DNA of 63,945 nt, counting the filler, from Octopus bimaculoides (Eukaryota), in NCBI RefSeq assembly GCF_001194135.2. It is 4 parts of 4 records of this genome, joined end to end, with 100 filler letters (N's around TTAATTAATTAA, not from the genome) between each part and the next. Parts side by side here need not be neighbours in the genome. Positions count along the whole stretch, not along the records: positions 1 to 23,398 come from NC_068986.1; 3 more parts are not named here. The stretch is one strand, 5' to 3'. The notes beneath the pieces are model-generated. The model had not been told where the DNA came from and ran no database searches. It was given only the letters and a program-made list of their open reading frames with translations. Position numbers and translations under genes: made by a program. Of this stretch, positions 1 through 14,640 are shown in pieces (position 1 is the stretch's first letter; each line of letters begins with the position of its first letter).

Positions 1-122
1 ATAAATATATATATATATAAATACATATATATATATATATAAATATATAAATACATATATATATATAAATATATATATATGTGTGTGTATATACATAAAT
101 ATATGTATAAATATATATATAT

Positions 123-124
123 AT

Positions 125-207
<83 letters not shown>
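123..207. repeat. (ATAG)n microsatellite within an AT-rich low-complexity block (1-530)
   Basis: Direct. Confidence 0.95.
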
Positions 208-427
208 TAAAAATAATATATATATATATATATAATTATGTATCTATAAATAAATAAATATATGTATATAAATAAATACATGTATATTAAGAAATAAATA
301 TATATATATGTATATAAATAGATGAATATATAAATATATATATGTATCTATCTATGTGTGTGTGTAAATAAAATAAATATATACATATGTATATAGATAA
401 ATATACATATGAAGATATGTGTGTGTG

Positions 428-462
<35 letters not shown>

Positions 463-578
463 GTGCGTGCGTGTGTGTGTGTGCAAGTGTGTACTGTTGT
501 CCAAGGCAGATTTTATGTAAATCTGTCTGTGTATTAGGTACAATATGGTGATGTTTAATTATGCGTGCATGTGTTTAG

Positions 579-637
579 CTCTATACGATTATGAGTATAT
601 AAAGTATGTGTGTCAGCAAGCATGCATTAGTAATCAG
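579..637 (+). CDS. Candidate internal coding exon (xLYDYEYIKYVCQQACISNQ), gene unidentified
   Basis: Acceptor gtgtttag, perfect donor CAG|GTGAGT, only one open frame (phase 1 to 0). Confidence 0.45.
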
Positions 638-1776
638 GTGAGTTCTAAAAAAAAAAAATAAATGACTTTATGCAATAGCTGTTTTAAAGTAAGGAATTAA
701 TAAAGGGAAAACAGTGGAGGGCGTTTCCAAACTGTGAAACATTAGGATAATGACCATATATATGCGTAGAAGTAGAAAGAAATTATTAATACACGCGGAT
801 AAATACGTGTTGGCAATATGTTGCGCACTTTTATTAATGAAGTTTGGGATAATGTCTTGAAACGAAGCGTGCATGGTGTATAAGCGTAACGCTGGACTGA
901 AAGTGAAAGTAGACAAATAAAACGCAAAGACATATGTTTTGTGTACTACTATAAATGTATAGTTTCTTAAAAGATCAGCTGAACCTAGCTTCGTTAACTT
1001 ATTAAATCACATACTGAATATTCACTAGTGAATGAAATGAGCTCAAAGTATTATTATTCGGACCTGACAGTTGTATAATAAATTGCATAAATGTGTACTG
1101 AAAATTCATATACCTCCCAACGAGGTTTCTACTTTTTTGTGTTACATTACATTTGTAAGTATACTGTCCCCGTCACTCATTCAGATGTACACATATTTTT
1201 CTACAGATAATGCACAATATACTCAATAGCAATTTAAATTTATGCGCTAATTTTTATTTGTCTAATAAACAATAAAATACAATACTATAGCAGAGACTTG
1301 GGATAAGAGCTAAGAATGCCTTCCTGTTTACACAATTTTATTGAAGGTTTGATCTGATAACATATATGGCAATATTTTGGCGTTAAAACAGTGGCAGAAT
1401 AAAATCATAATGTCTAGCCTTGACAAACGATGAAAGAAATTACAGTGTTTCTATAATTCATGAGCCACAATGTTAAGCAGGGAAATTTTCAACCTGCAAC
1501 ATGCATATTCATAACCTGGTTTTATCAATGTAAACTAACTATTCTGCAATGGTTGGCTTCAACGATTTAATATTCTTAAATTCCTGGTTTCTGAATTAGG
1601 TGAATGAAATTTACAAAAGAAAAATACTTAGGATCATGCAAGTAATACGGTATTCAAAAAGAGGAACTACAATCTTTGGATATTTCTATTCATTTGTAAA
1701 GGAATTAACGATGTAAATGCAACTCCAACTGAGAATCGAAACCTTGATTCACAGAGAAAATACAGACAACAGTACC

Positions 1777-1841
<65 letters not shown>

Positions 1842-2019
1842 AACCACTTTCAATTGTAACTATAAATTGAACAGGAATCAAAGAGGGATATCAACAGCGT
1901 GATGGTCGTAGGTGGAATACCATTGGTGAACATGGATTTGAGGCAAAATGATATAACATTAAAGAACAACATAGCATAATTTATACAATACCCCAACCTT
2001 ACACACTGAATATACGAAA

Positions 2020-2077
<58 letters not shown>

Positions 2078-2477
2078 TTGGGGGGATTCACAAGCGCTGA
2101 ATTTCAGTAAAGAGATGGATGCGTCTTCTCACAGTCCACAAGTACGCATATGTTCTGTTAAAAACTGATTTTTCTATTATACTGCTATAATCCATTTGTT
2201 TAGATTACAGTGAAACAGAATTAACAGCATTCGGTCAAACTGTTGACGTGTCTTCATAGAACAGCTTTGGATTGCAAGACTACTCACACATTTTCAATAA
2301 TCAATCATTTCCTCATATATTTCGCCTACTCTACTCGCTATAACAACGGAATAGTTACGAAGAAGTTGTTTAGTGATGAAACTATCCGTGTCTATATATG
2401 CATCAAAACTGAACCACCTATCTTATATATTGCATACGTCTCTATATACAATGGTACAATGCATAAAAATTATTTCA

Positions 2478-2865
2478 GGCACGCCTGTTGTAAGAAGCTT
2501 GCTTCCCAACCACATGGTTCCTGGTTCAGTCCCACAGCGTCGCACTTTGGGCAAGTATCTTCTACTATAGTCTCGGGTCGACTGAATTTTTGTGAATGGA
2601 TTTAGTAAACGGAAACTGAAAGAAGCGCGTCGTGTATGTGTATGTGTATGTCTGTCTGTGTTTTTCCCTCCATCACCGCTTGACAACCGGTGTTGGTGTG
2701 TTTACATCTCCGTAACTTAGCGGTTCTGCAAAAGAACCTGAAAGAATAAGTACTATGCTTAAAAATAAGTCCTGGGGTCGATTTGTTCGATTAACACCCA
2801 GACCCAAGGCGGTGCCCCAGCATGGCAGCAGTCAAATGACTGAAACAAGTAAAAGAATATAAGAG
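2478..2865 (+). mobile_element. SINE family A (tRNA-derived CORE-type, probably octopus OR2-like), full length
   Basis: B-box ggttcagtccc, CORE-like ctttgggcaagt, internal microsatellite, 3' half ...gtcaaatgactgaaacaagtaaaag. More than 12 homologous copies in the window. Family name is from memory. Confidence 0.88.
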
Positions 2866-2879
2866 TAATGGAATTGTAG

Positions 2880-3111
2880 CATATGGTTTTGGATTCATGC
2901 TCATTGCCTGACACCTTGAGCAAATGTCTTCTGCTGTAACCAGCCTTGGACTGACCTAAAACCTCGTAAATGGATTTGGAAAACAAAACCAAGAGGAAAT
3001 ATTACGGTGCTTGGAAACAAGTGAGAGTAGGTAGGAAGGGCAACTGGTAATAGAAAATCTGCCTCAACAAATTCTGTCTGATCCACGCAACCATGGAAAA
3101 TTAGAGGTTAA
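2880..3111 (+). mobile_element. Degenerate SINE: family-A-like CORE head joined to a family-C/RTE-like tail
   Basis: caccttgagcaaatgtcttctgct...ggatttgg followed by aggaaggggcaactggtaatagaaaatctgcc...catggaaaattagaggttaa. Confidence 0.6.
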
Positions 3112-4391
3112 GTGTATTTCTCGCTTGAAGAATAGCACATCACAAGGAACTGAGTAGTAACAGGCTGAATCAATGACCTTCAGTGAACAAATACATTTTA
3201 TTACATTTATTGATTATCCCTTTCTTCCTAATCTTATACCCAAAAGTGTTCATACGTACACATTCACACACACACACATATATATACTCAAAGTCAACTG
3301 TAGCTACTCATTGGTTACACTGTAGTTTGAGTGAAGTGGGAAATAACCGATCAATAACTGTGATTTATGTTATGAAATCACATTATGTGGGATCTTCAAG
3401 ACGATAGGTTTTATTGGAAATTAGCAAGTAAGTTTACCACAGGTTCGATATGTATTGAAGCAAGTCAGTTTACATCTAAGCAATCAGGAAGTGATAACAG
3501 ACACAGACTAAAAGATATAGTAAGTCGAAAATAACCACCAATCCCCAATTTCAACGCTTTTGTTGAAAGCTTGGACATCATTTTTGTTTTATATTTTATC
3601 TCTTATGTAAATGTGTGACTGATTGAGTTCCAATACACGCGCGTAAGCGTTTTTATGTTCTGAATTGAAATCCCATCCGATCAACTTTGTCTTTCATAGT
3701 TCAGGAGATCGATAAAACAAAATCCCGAGATAAATATAAATGACTAAACAATTAAATGTGGTACCCCACCACGGATCTGCACTCTAATGTCTGGAACCAT
3801 TAAATGAGTGTTTGTGTGTGTCTGTCTGTTTATGTGGTAAATGATGCATTTAAGCAATAATATTTGAAAGATATGCACACACAAACTACCGTTACTTGAG
3901 AGGACCGCAACGTCGTCGATCTCCCAGCTAGAAATAGTAGCCACATCTCTCTCAAATCGCACCATTCTTAAAATGGGACATGGTGCATAATGTGGCTCTG
4001 GGTTTTCTACGCGAGAATAGGTGAGACGAATATGGCTAGAAAGCCTTTTGATCATAGGTCATTTCAATCGCAAATGACCAAGGGCTAAACAGCAAGAATT
4101 CAAAAAATACAGGTTAATGAGGACGACTCCCTCAATGTAACTTTTTAAAAATAACAACCAAACCTTCTTCAGATTACTCCTTTACCATTTTAATAACAAA
4201 AGAAATGTCCAGGCGCAATCAGTTTATTGTATCAAGGTACTTATTGGTAGGTACCATGCAAAGAAACTTCAGGCTCTTGAGTCACCCTTTATCTTCTCAA
4301 CTATTATATGTGTGTGCTAGTGCATGTGTGTGTGTGTCTATAACTGCGTGCGCGTAAATGTATCCGTGTGTATATAAGTGTGTGCGTGAGT

Positions 4392-4444
<53 letters not shown>

Positions 4445-5474
4445 TGATTACATTAACAATTCTAGAAGATAATGGTGTCTATGCTTTTTGTGGAATCCCA
4501 TGGTTTTCATTCCCATCATCCCTCTGGCTAACAAATCAACAAAAGAGAATAATACAATGTAGATTTTTCTTGCGTTTTAAAATATTTTAAAAATATATGA
4601 AACAATCCCTTAAAAACAAACCGAGACAAAAAATAAATAAATAAATAAATAGTAGCCCCTGTTCCTTCCTCTACCCCCATTCCAAGAAAAAATACAAGTA
4701 TATTAGCATTAATGTATCCTTTAAAAATACCGTTCAAAAATTTGTTTTTATTTTATATTGTAAGCTGGTAATTTCATCATTGTATTAGGAGCACTCATTC
4801 CTTAATTATCTGTCTACTTAAAGACCAGTGGATGGTAATGACGTCAGTACTGTTGTTGCTGACGATGATGATGATGATGATGACGACGACGACAGTGACA
4901 ATGGAGCTGGTGGTGTTAGTAGCTGGTTGGATGATTGGGACAGCGTGTCAACTCATCGAATTGAAAGTTATATCGTGATTGCATTAACTGGCCTTCAGTA
5001 CACGCTTATTGTTCGCTAGTGATGATAGTGGGGAAACTGGCGGTGGAGGTAGCGGTAATGGAGGTGGTAGTGGAGGGAACCGAAACAAGTATCTAATTTA
5101 ATCTATTTGCCCCAAACCAACTTTTTATTGCTCCGCCACACACACGCACACACACACACACACACACACACGCACATGCTCACTGGTGTTAATGCCCCTC
5201 CTACTGCTGTTGTTGCTATACAAATGTTATTTATTGTTGCTCTTTTTGTTACTGTTTGTTATTGTTGTTCATGACGTGAAGAAGGAAAGGAAAGAAAGAG
5301 GTTATGCTGAGAATGTATAGACGCCGCTGTTTCCTTGTAAGAGGCTGTGTGAGTGAGTGAGCGCGTGTATTCGGTGTTTTTCTTCCAAGGAGTAACTGCA
5401 TGGATTTTCATATCAACCAGAGAAGAGAAATACGTTTAGAATATACCGCATGTTACCGTAACTATGAGACAAGA

Positions 5475-5510
<36 letters not shown>

Positions 5511-5513
5511 CAT

Positions 5514-5580
<67 letters not shown>

Positions 5581-5605
5581 ACATATATATATGTACACAT
5601 GCATA

Positions 5606-5636
<31 letters not shown>

Positions 5637-6148
5637 CAGCAGCAGCAGCAACTCTGAACGCAATTCAACGCTACGTTGACCCGGCCTCATCTCTGATTCG
5701 GATATGAATGACACTGAATAATAAAGAAAAGATTCTAAATTTTCCTGAGAGACGTGGTTTATTCAAAACAATAAAAAATGCACACATTCTATGCTTTGAA
5801 ATTATTGGTGATAGGAAAAGTATTTAGTCATAATTATGACTATCACAAATATACTGAAAAACCACACTTGCGTATATTAGACTAACATTTATTATGTTAT
5901 TATAGTGTACTTTAGTGGGGTAGTCAGATGAAAACATGTGACCATGTGTGAAAACTCTTGACTGTCGTTGAAAATTTAGAAAGCAAACATCAAACAACCC
6001 ACAATGGAAACTTTTTAGACGAAGAACATAGGTAAAAAATCATCCACGTTCATAACAGCTCTGAGAAGGGCGGAACAGGTATATTGTTGCTACAAAAATA
6101 GATACAGTAATTGAAGTAGCTAGAACACGCAGCAGACTAATTGAGCAT

Positions 6149-7575
6149 AGACTAGTCATAGGCAACATGGCAGCAACAATTATCTCTGCATATACAACAC
6201 AATCAGGACTGATAGAGGGCCAAACATTGTATGAAGGCCCTTATGTGACTACCTCAATTACGACCTCGTTATCATAGTTACTTATTCTAATGAACATGTT
6301 GCATACATACAATAGGGGTTACTCTTGCGCATATGGATCAATGGCTATAGGTATGACGAATGAGGATGGATCAAGGCTCAGAATTTTGTGACTCAAATGA
6401 CCAAACCATTTAGAAGACTAAATGGCGGAGCCTGGCTAGTCATCAAATTAGGTAAAGACGCAAGCCAAGTAGACTTCATATCAGGAAAAAGGATAGACAA
6501 CAGATGGTAAATTCTAAGTCTTTCCCTCGTGAGTAGGGACTACAGAGAGCTCCGTAGAATCAGAGACACAAGACATTTGGAGAAAGAAAGTATGAAAACT
6601 GAAAGGTCCCTAATCAGACGTAGGTTTTAAGAAACGATACTTGGAGAAGACAGAGACTTACAACAGAGAACACCTAAGAGTTTCAACGAGACAATCTGTG
6701 TGAGGTGCAAAACAGCTGTGTTGATGGATACGATTTATTGGTGCAATGGTAGAACGAAGACAGAGTCTTGAAAGTTACAAGATATGTCTGAAAATTTTAT
6801 GAATAAAAGAAAGTAAGAATAATATTAGGCAAATTAAAAGAGAGAAAAGAGGGGACCAGCTGTTGAGCTTCAGAATAATACTGTCGATAGTTTGATTAAT
6901 TATACGAAGGCAGAGAAAGCGGCTGGATCATAGTCACTGAGATGCAGAAATTATCCGGTGCTGCAAAATACACTCTAGTTACTCACATTAACAATTAGGT
7001 ACTTCAGAGAGGATGTCACACCTAATAACTGATGTAGCAGTTATCAACATGATAAAAGAAATATTTCAAAGGCAGTAACTACATAAACATAACATTAAGG
7101 AACCCTATTTTGAAAGTATGAGAAAGAATTATAGCACAGCTAGGCAGCAGGTTAGGAAGAGAATTATCTTAAATGATATCCAGCTATGGTTCCTACCGGG
7201 ACAGGATCGGCCAATGCTCTCTTCTTAGTGATGTAGCTGCAGGGGATTATCACGCTATTCCATTTGCTGACGACAGAAGGATTTTACCTGAATGAAGGTC
7301 AGAATATGATACCTGTGTACGAAGAATGATGTTGCGAAGTGGCAAGACATGGGTGTTGAATGATGGAAAGACATGAAGCAAGCATGAATACGTCGGCTGT
7401 GAAATATTAGCGTGCGTGAACAACTCACAATATGTGTGAAAAACTGAGTATGTTAAGAATCAAATGTAGTGTGCTAGAAGGAAAACCGTGCTGGTACTGA
7501 TTCGTGATCACTATAGAGGATGACAGTTGGGTTAAGAAGTTTGATATGATGCAAGTGGGAGGACACTATGGAAGC
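6149..7575 (+). mobile_element. Heavily degraded RTE-clade LINE (APE endonuclease, RT-flanking and C-terminal remnants; RT core largely deleted)
   Basis: Frame-shifted translations RLVIGNMAATIISAYTTQSGL (cf. IISAYAPQ), NEDGSRL-EFCD, SQVDFI, VNSKSFPRE and EDDSWVKK-VGG, in RTE order. Confidence 0.8.
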
Positions 7576-9185
7576 AAAATGAAGCAAAAGAATGTGCCTA
7601 TCACAGAAGGAACGTGCATTAGGCAACCCAGTGTTATGCACAAATTTCAATGTAAATATGAAGTTGTAAAGTTTTGGGACTCAAACTTACAATACACACA
7701 CGATTACATTTTCTCGTCGTTTGGCTGCAAAGAGCCATTTACAGCACATTGTAGTACAGGACACAAAACAAAACTGAATTGAAAAACATTGTTAACACTG
7801 ATATTTTAGATAGAAAGAAAAGATAAGAAATAAATAAGGTAAATTTATTAATAGCGAATTATACAGCGAATCAGATACAGAATACAAGAAATAAACTGCG
7901 AAGATAATGAAGAGTTAACTGTTTCAAATCTGAGTTTGACGAGTTTATCATTTCGAACATCATTCTCATGGGTTTTCTTACTACAGAACATGGTAAAAAT
8001 GTGTAGTTGTTCTCACTTCATTGGAAAGATGAAGTTGAGGTCTTAATACATTTAGAAACTTTATTGCACCATAAGCAAATATGAAAACACTTCAGTAAAA
8101 TAAGATTAAACTTGATCACTGTAATGGCTGATAGTTTTGGAAGAAAGGCTGCTTCATATCTATAGTTGTGTTAGTAGAGGTGTGTGTGTGTGTGTGGCGG
8201 GTGGGCAGAGAGCCGGAAGGCATCAATGATTTGTATAGTCCACCTGTCACTAACAGTTTGCAATATTTGTCCGGAGGTGGGGAGAGAATAAGAGAGAAAC
8301 ACTATAGTATATGCAAAAACGAAGTCTATGAAAAGTTCGATGACAATGTACTAGATAATATCCAGTCTACCAAAGATAATTGATAAATATACAGCAAAAG
8401 ATAAGCTAGACGAATCTATAAAGTTATATGAAAGATGATAGATCAGTAATAATGTAAGTGATTAGATGTGTACATAAATAACTAGACGAATAAACAAAAT
8501 AAGTAAACCAGACAACGAGGGAGTGACTCTATTGATGGGCATTCGATTTGCCAGAAATAGCAGCCCGCGTTTTATTGGTGATTAATAGCAGAATTAAACT
8601 GTCACTCGAGGTAAGTGAGGAAGCTGCGTCCACATAGCTGCCCGACCTGAAAACAATAGCAACCAAATGTCTTTTATATCAATTTAACGTTTTAGAAAAG
8701 TAAAACCCTTTTCATGATATGGGCCTAAGAGCTCTGGGGATTAGGTAAGAGACTTCTGCAACGGCTAGAATGCCACGATCATGGGACTCTACTGAATCAG
8801 CTGTTATGAGGCGAACAAACTTATGGTAACCACTTTGAGGTATATAAATTCGACTGCTAAAAGAATAGTCTTAAATCTCCAGAGACAACGCAGTAATGGT
8901 AATAGTTTATTAACAGCCAACCTTATTGGCAAGGTTATTTATCAGGTGCCATATCCATTTAGCGATCTACTTTGATGTTATAGTTTAGATCAAGATCACC
9001 CTTCATCGAACCGACAGATGATCAAACGTATTCTGCTTGCGACGATACGGTCCTTTACAAAATATCTAAGACTTTTATATGTCCACTATGAAATTCCCAT
9101 TTCTTTTTTTTTTATAAGCCAGTAGAGTGTAATTTTAGGAAAGTTTGGTAGCTGTTTCTAGCAAAGCAAGCACGTAGGCACACCT

Positions 9186-9261
9186 GAAGAAGAAGAAGAA
9201 GAAGAAGAAGAAGAAGAAGAAGAAGAAGAAGAAGAAGAAGAAGAAGAAGAAGAAGAAGAAG
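9186..9261. repeat. (GAA)n microsatellite
   Basis: Direct. Confidence 0.95.
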
Positions 9262-9461
9262 ATATAAATAATACTGATAGGGGGACACATTCGATAACGT
9301 TGTTCTCGAGAAATCATCTTGAGAACCAGCTACACAATTATGTTTATTCTAGTATCCCCAAAGTTGAAAACAAATTCTAATTCCCTAACTAGAGCCTTAA
9401 TTCTTTTTGGCAGAATCCTTAGGGCACCGGGAAAACGTTTTGCAATAATTGTTTGCGTTCT

Positions 9462-9663
9462 AAGGCGGCGAGCTGGCAGAAACGTTAGCACGCCGGGCGA
9501 AATGCTTAGCGGTATTTTGTCTGTCTTTATGTTCTGAGTTCAAATTCCGCCGAGGTCGACTTTGCCTTTCATCCTTTCGGGGCCGATAAATTAAGTACCA
9601 GTTGCGTATTCGGCTGGCTCCCCCTCCCCCAAAATTTCGGGCCTTGTGCCTAGAGCAGAAAAG
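9462..9663 (+). mobile_element. Young SINE family B (tRNA-derived, Meta/MESC-like central domain) with 18-bp TSD, nested in an older family B copy (~9405-9730)
   Basis: ggcggcgagctggcagaaacgttagc...ctgagttcaaattccgccgaggtcgactttgcctttcatcctttcgggg; perfect TSD AATAATTGTTTGCGTTCT at 9444-9461 and 9664-9681. The domain name is from memory. Confidence 0.9.
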
Positions 9664-10238
9664 AATAATTGTTTGCGTTCTGAGTTCAAATCCCATCAAG
9701 GTCAACTGTATCTTTTATGCTTCCAGCGTGTAACAATCAAGTATTAGGGCATTTTTTTCTGTCTGTCTGCCTCTCTCTCTCCCTCTCTCTCAAAATGGAT
9801 TACGCTAGATCTCTTTATCCCAGGAACGATTGAGGTAGAGGCTAGCAAATTATTCTCATCTCAGCATGGTACAAGCATCGACAAAATGAACCAGAAAATA
9901 AGATGAGCGTGATCAGATTGATGTATTGGACGGCATGGTCGGTTAAAAAAAAGCGATTGAAGAAGTTGCCTACCACTATTACTTTCTTGCACCTAAGAGA
10001 TATTAGATTGACGGCTGGAAGGAAAGCTATTTAGATAGGTAGACATGTACTTCACTGTATACATCTCTGTTCAATCTACCAGCTGAAAGTGCACAACAGT
10101 TAATTGAAAATGAATTATTAATTAAGGTTATAACAACATTTTCAGTGAAAGAAATAGAACGGAAAGTATCTCGAATATATCACAAACAACAAATTCTTAT
10201 AATATTACTACTTTACTTGAAGCATGTATACTTAAACG

Positions 10239-10295
<57 letters not shown>

Positions 10296-11518
10296 TACTT
10301 AAATAGGCATGTACATACATACATGTATACATACATAAAAGCATCATCCGCTTTATTTCACTCCGGCTTCGAATGAAAGAGGTTTAAAATATCCTTTTTT
10401 TGACAGATTTATGGCCCCATCTCACAACACTGAAACTATACACCCAATTGGTCAAAGAGGTCAAGTACGGGTCGCACCTTACTAATATGCTAATGACCTT
10501 TATTATTCATATAGAAATTTTATTTTATTCTACATTACATTAGCGGTAATAATTAAGAAGGCCGAACTCAGACGTAAGCAGAGAAAAAGGGCTAAAAAAA
10601 AACAAAAGCATGATTTATCAGCCTATGAAACCCGAAATTGATGAAGTTTGGTTAACAATGGTTTATAAACACATTCCTACAATGACCGTCCTACCTTTCT
10701 CTACTTTTCAGACACTGTATATAGGGACTTTATATAATGTATCCTTCTTTTCAAAGATAATGAGATACATTTGCGGAAAATAGAATTATTATTTCTGTTA
10801 AGCACGCAAAAAATCTCTTTTGCTCTTTAGAATCGGAACAATCTTTTTCCCTCTCATACATGAACAAAGACAAACCAACCATACCCGTTCTGATTATAAT
10901 GCGGTCATAATGTCGTGTATTTAAATAAATGAACTTTGTTGTTGTTGGTCAGACCCTGGTCAATCATGACTGATCAAATCTATGATAATGGCGGGATATT
11001 TTGCTGATATTTCTACCAAGTCGAGTGACCATAGCCCCAACACCTTTTATGAAAGCATTGGAAGCACTTATACTTAAAGTGGGAAAGGGGCATTTCAATA
11101 AATTTTATGCTGTGATGAAAACACTGACATTTCGGGCACATGATCGTCTTGAATGACCAAGAGAATTCACAGGAGTGTTATTGTTTAATTCCAGGACTGG
11201 AAATGAATAAACTAGTGATTAGATTGAGAAGAGAGGAGAAGTGAAATGTGATGTGAGTAGCTTTCTTCAGAATTGCAACATCTCTACATTTGATGCCTGA
11301 TGCAATTATTCCGTAAACAATTAAGTCTATCAGTTTAACTACCCGCTGTTACTGTCTATTTATTGACGAGAAGTAGGGTGTGATTTAAGGGGGGATGAAT
11401 TAGGCTGTTATTTCTAGTAGGTCTAGGAATTTGAAGGGATTCGCTCGTAGATTCGTCTGAAAAGTTAATTCATTAAAGTTGTCATTCTCTCGGTATGTGT
11501 ATGTGTGTGCATGTGTGT

Positions 11519-11552
<34 letters not shown>

Positions 11553-14494
11553 GTATGTAATTTGCAGGTAGAATATTTATGTTCGATGGAAAACCAAAAT
11601 AATAATAATGAAAACGATAATAAACTTCAATACAACACAGCTAGCGCATACAATATGATAAAATCAATAACAAATGCCCTGATTTAAAATATGATTTTGA
11701 ACAAAATACATTTGAGCTTATTTTTGATGATAACTGATTGAATTATGAAGGACATTTTTGAAAAGTTCTGAAAATAGCCTCGTTAGATTGATTTTTCAAT
11801 TAACATTTCAAAATAGAGCTTTTTACAAAGAATTTTTCAAATGTATATGTGTATGTACATATACTCATAGATACGCTTTCACACACGCGCGCGCGCACGT
11901 GCACGCATATATCAGATATTTAGTTGATACATGTATGAAGGCGGTGCACCAGCACATCCTTGCGCATTACCGATTAAAACGTATGTGTGCGTGAGACGGA
12001 GAGAGTGAATGAATATATTTTTACACTTGGCTGTTATAAAATTTTTGATTTTTAACAACTTACATATCTCATGCGCCATGTGTGTGTGTGAGTGTGTGAT
12101 GTGTGTGATGTGTGTGTTGATATTTTCTTTATGGGATACATTTAGGTCCACTGTTCCCGTTTCTTTCTCGTGTTCATACCACTAACTTTTGAATAGTTGT
12201 GCACTCTCAGTGATTAAATGTTTCGCTTAAATGAACTAAAATTATACGTATTGGCTAGATCCAGGTGCTACTATCCACTATTGGCCAAGTGTGCATACAA
12301 GGGTTTGATCGTTTAAGATGTATATATAAAATAATGTGAAATACGGAATATAATAGCATTTTTAATCAAATATATCCACCATTTATAATAATTGGATGTA
12401 AAAGTACTTATCCCCCACCTCTCTCTCTCTCTCGCACACACACACGTGTCTGTGAATCTGTATAAGGAAACATTGGTATCAACTAGATCTATCTGCGTGT
12501 TTACAGCTGAAGAAATAATTGTTCATATTCTTTGAATGTAACGTCTTCATTGCCAGCATATTTACACACAGGTAGACACACATAATCGTTTCAAGAACTC
12601 CAGCCAGCATACAAAGGTCGAACACACATGTTATGCTCTTACAAAGCACTTGATTCACCTAACATTGTCAAGATAACTATTAAAATACTCGATACATTCA
12701 TACTTTTAACGATTAAAAAAAAAACAGCAGTAAGTGGAGCTAAGAGACATACTGAACTAATTTAACTTCAATCAAGGGCTTGAATTCGAGTAATGCGAGC
12801 CAACAAGGGAGTGGCTGCGTTCTATATCGACTTGGGAGAAATAGCAGCTAAATCTCTCAAATCGTGTCTCGTTGTCTTCTGAATGTGATAATAATAGCTT
12901 GGATAGCATTTAATTAGAGATGCTCATCATTAGAGACGACCAATGTTTAAAAACAAGCTCTCAACATAAATACATAATATATATATATTCATATTTTTGC
13001 ATCAATGAATATCTAATTCATCCAACTAGTTTGCTCATTCGAAATAAATCACACGCATATGTATACGTACACATATACTGTAAATGTGTCTTTATGTGAG
13101 TACAGCCACGTATGTGTGTACATGAACATGCGACGTGTATATACATTATACGCGTGAACAAAACTTCATTTGATACCAAATAAACTGTATCAAATTTGAA
13201 ACAAACAAAAGGAAATGAGAATACTAAAACGTCTCCTCGTGAAACTCCAAATCTTTTACAAACTATTTATTTCTTGTATAAAGTTTTAAAACGATGTAAC
13301 GGATTAAATTTTGACGTTCTTCAGTTGAGTGTGTTCATTTGGGAAAAGATTACTCTTGGGAAGTGTCGCATCAGTAACATGTTGAATAGTTAAAATATTC
13401 AACATTACAGACACACACACTCACTCACTTGAATCTCTCTAACATACATTCAACCATAACTTTAAACGTGCGATTTACGCACGCACACACACACACACAC
13501 ACACACACTATATACACCTAACTAAATTTCACCAACTCTTTGCTCTGTACCCTATAGCAATTTCTCCAACTACCTTTTACATTTTTGCGAATAAGCTTTT
13601 TTTTTTTTTTTGTCCAACGTACTCCCAAAAAGACAACTAGATTGATTGCCTTTTATCATGCATTTCATTTTTCACGGTTGACTTCAGGCTAACCAACCAC
13701 TTCGCTTAGGTCTAACGAGGAAGCCTTTATGGGGGTGGTCGACGTGTTAGAAATAGCAGTCAAAGGTCGCTTAAATTGCACAGTACTATCTCCCAAGTGA
13801 GATTAACAATGGATAATTTAGTTCAGATGGAATACACATAAAACAAAAGCAGGTCATCAAAATTGGAATGCTTTTGATTATAGATCTCTCTTTCTCTCTT
13901 TCTCTCTCTCTCTCTCTGTTGAATCAGGAATGACCTGGGACTAAACAACAACACTGGTATTATGCTAATCTATAACTGAGCTAAACATTTTAAGATTCTA
14001 AAATGTCTCTATCTGAGATTTTAGACGTAACCAGTTCGCAGTTTCTCAAGGCGAATTGACAAATTTTTTTAATGCAATATTTCCATATACTAGAAATAAG
14101 AATGAAATCTTCTTTAAATCGCATTCAGCACTTTAAATGATGAAGGAATTTAAGCAATAAATGTAAAGCCTAGAACACCTTGAACACAAGACCCTATACT
14201 GCAGGTTATTTGAGAATATTCACTTCTTATCCAGAAACAGTTGCAGTTGTCGCATGCCGCTTGTTTTTCTTCTCTCGAATGGAAGTCAATTTCAATAAAT
14301 ATTGATCTTGCTATCAAAATTCATGTCACTGGGCATTTGAGTTTTGTCTTGGTTCAGTTTCATATACATTGCACGCGCGCGCGCATGTGTGTACAGTATT
14401 CTGTATATCTTAACGTAGATATACTGTCATAAAGCGACAATACCTTGTATTCATCTCGAGAAAGGATTTCCAATTGACGTATAGTGCTGTCAGA

Positions 14495-14540
<46 letters not shown>

Positions 14541-14640
14541 GTGGTTCCGTGCTCAGTCCCACTGCGCGGCACCTTGGGTGAGTGTCGAAGTGTTGTGAGT
14601 AGATTTGATAGACAGAAACTGAAAGAAGTACATCGTGTGT
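14541..14640 (+). mobile_element. SINE family A, 5' half fragment
   Basis: gtgctcagtcccactgcgcggcaccttggg...gacagaaactgaaagaag, ending in (TA)n and a gap. Confidence 0.75.

Noticed and set aside
4828-5019. Acidic 63-aa ORF with poly-D
   Set aside because: Driven by a (GAT/GAC)n microsatellite; no convincing splice sites or homology.
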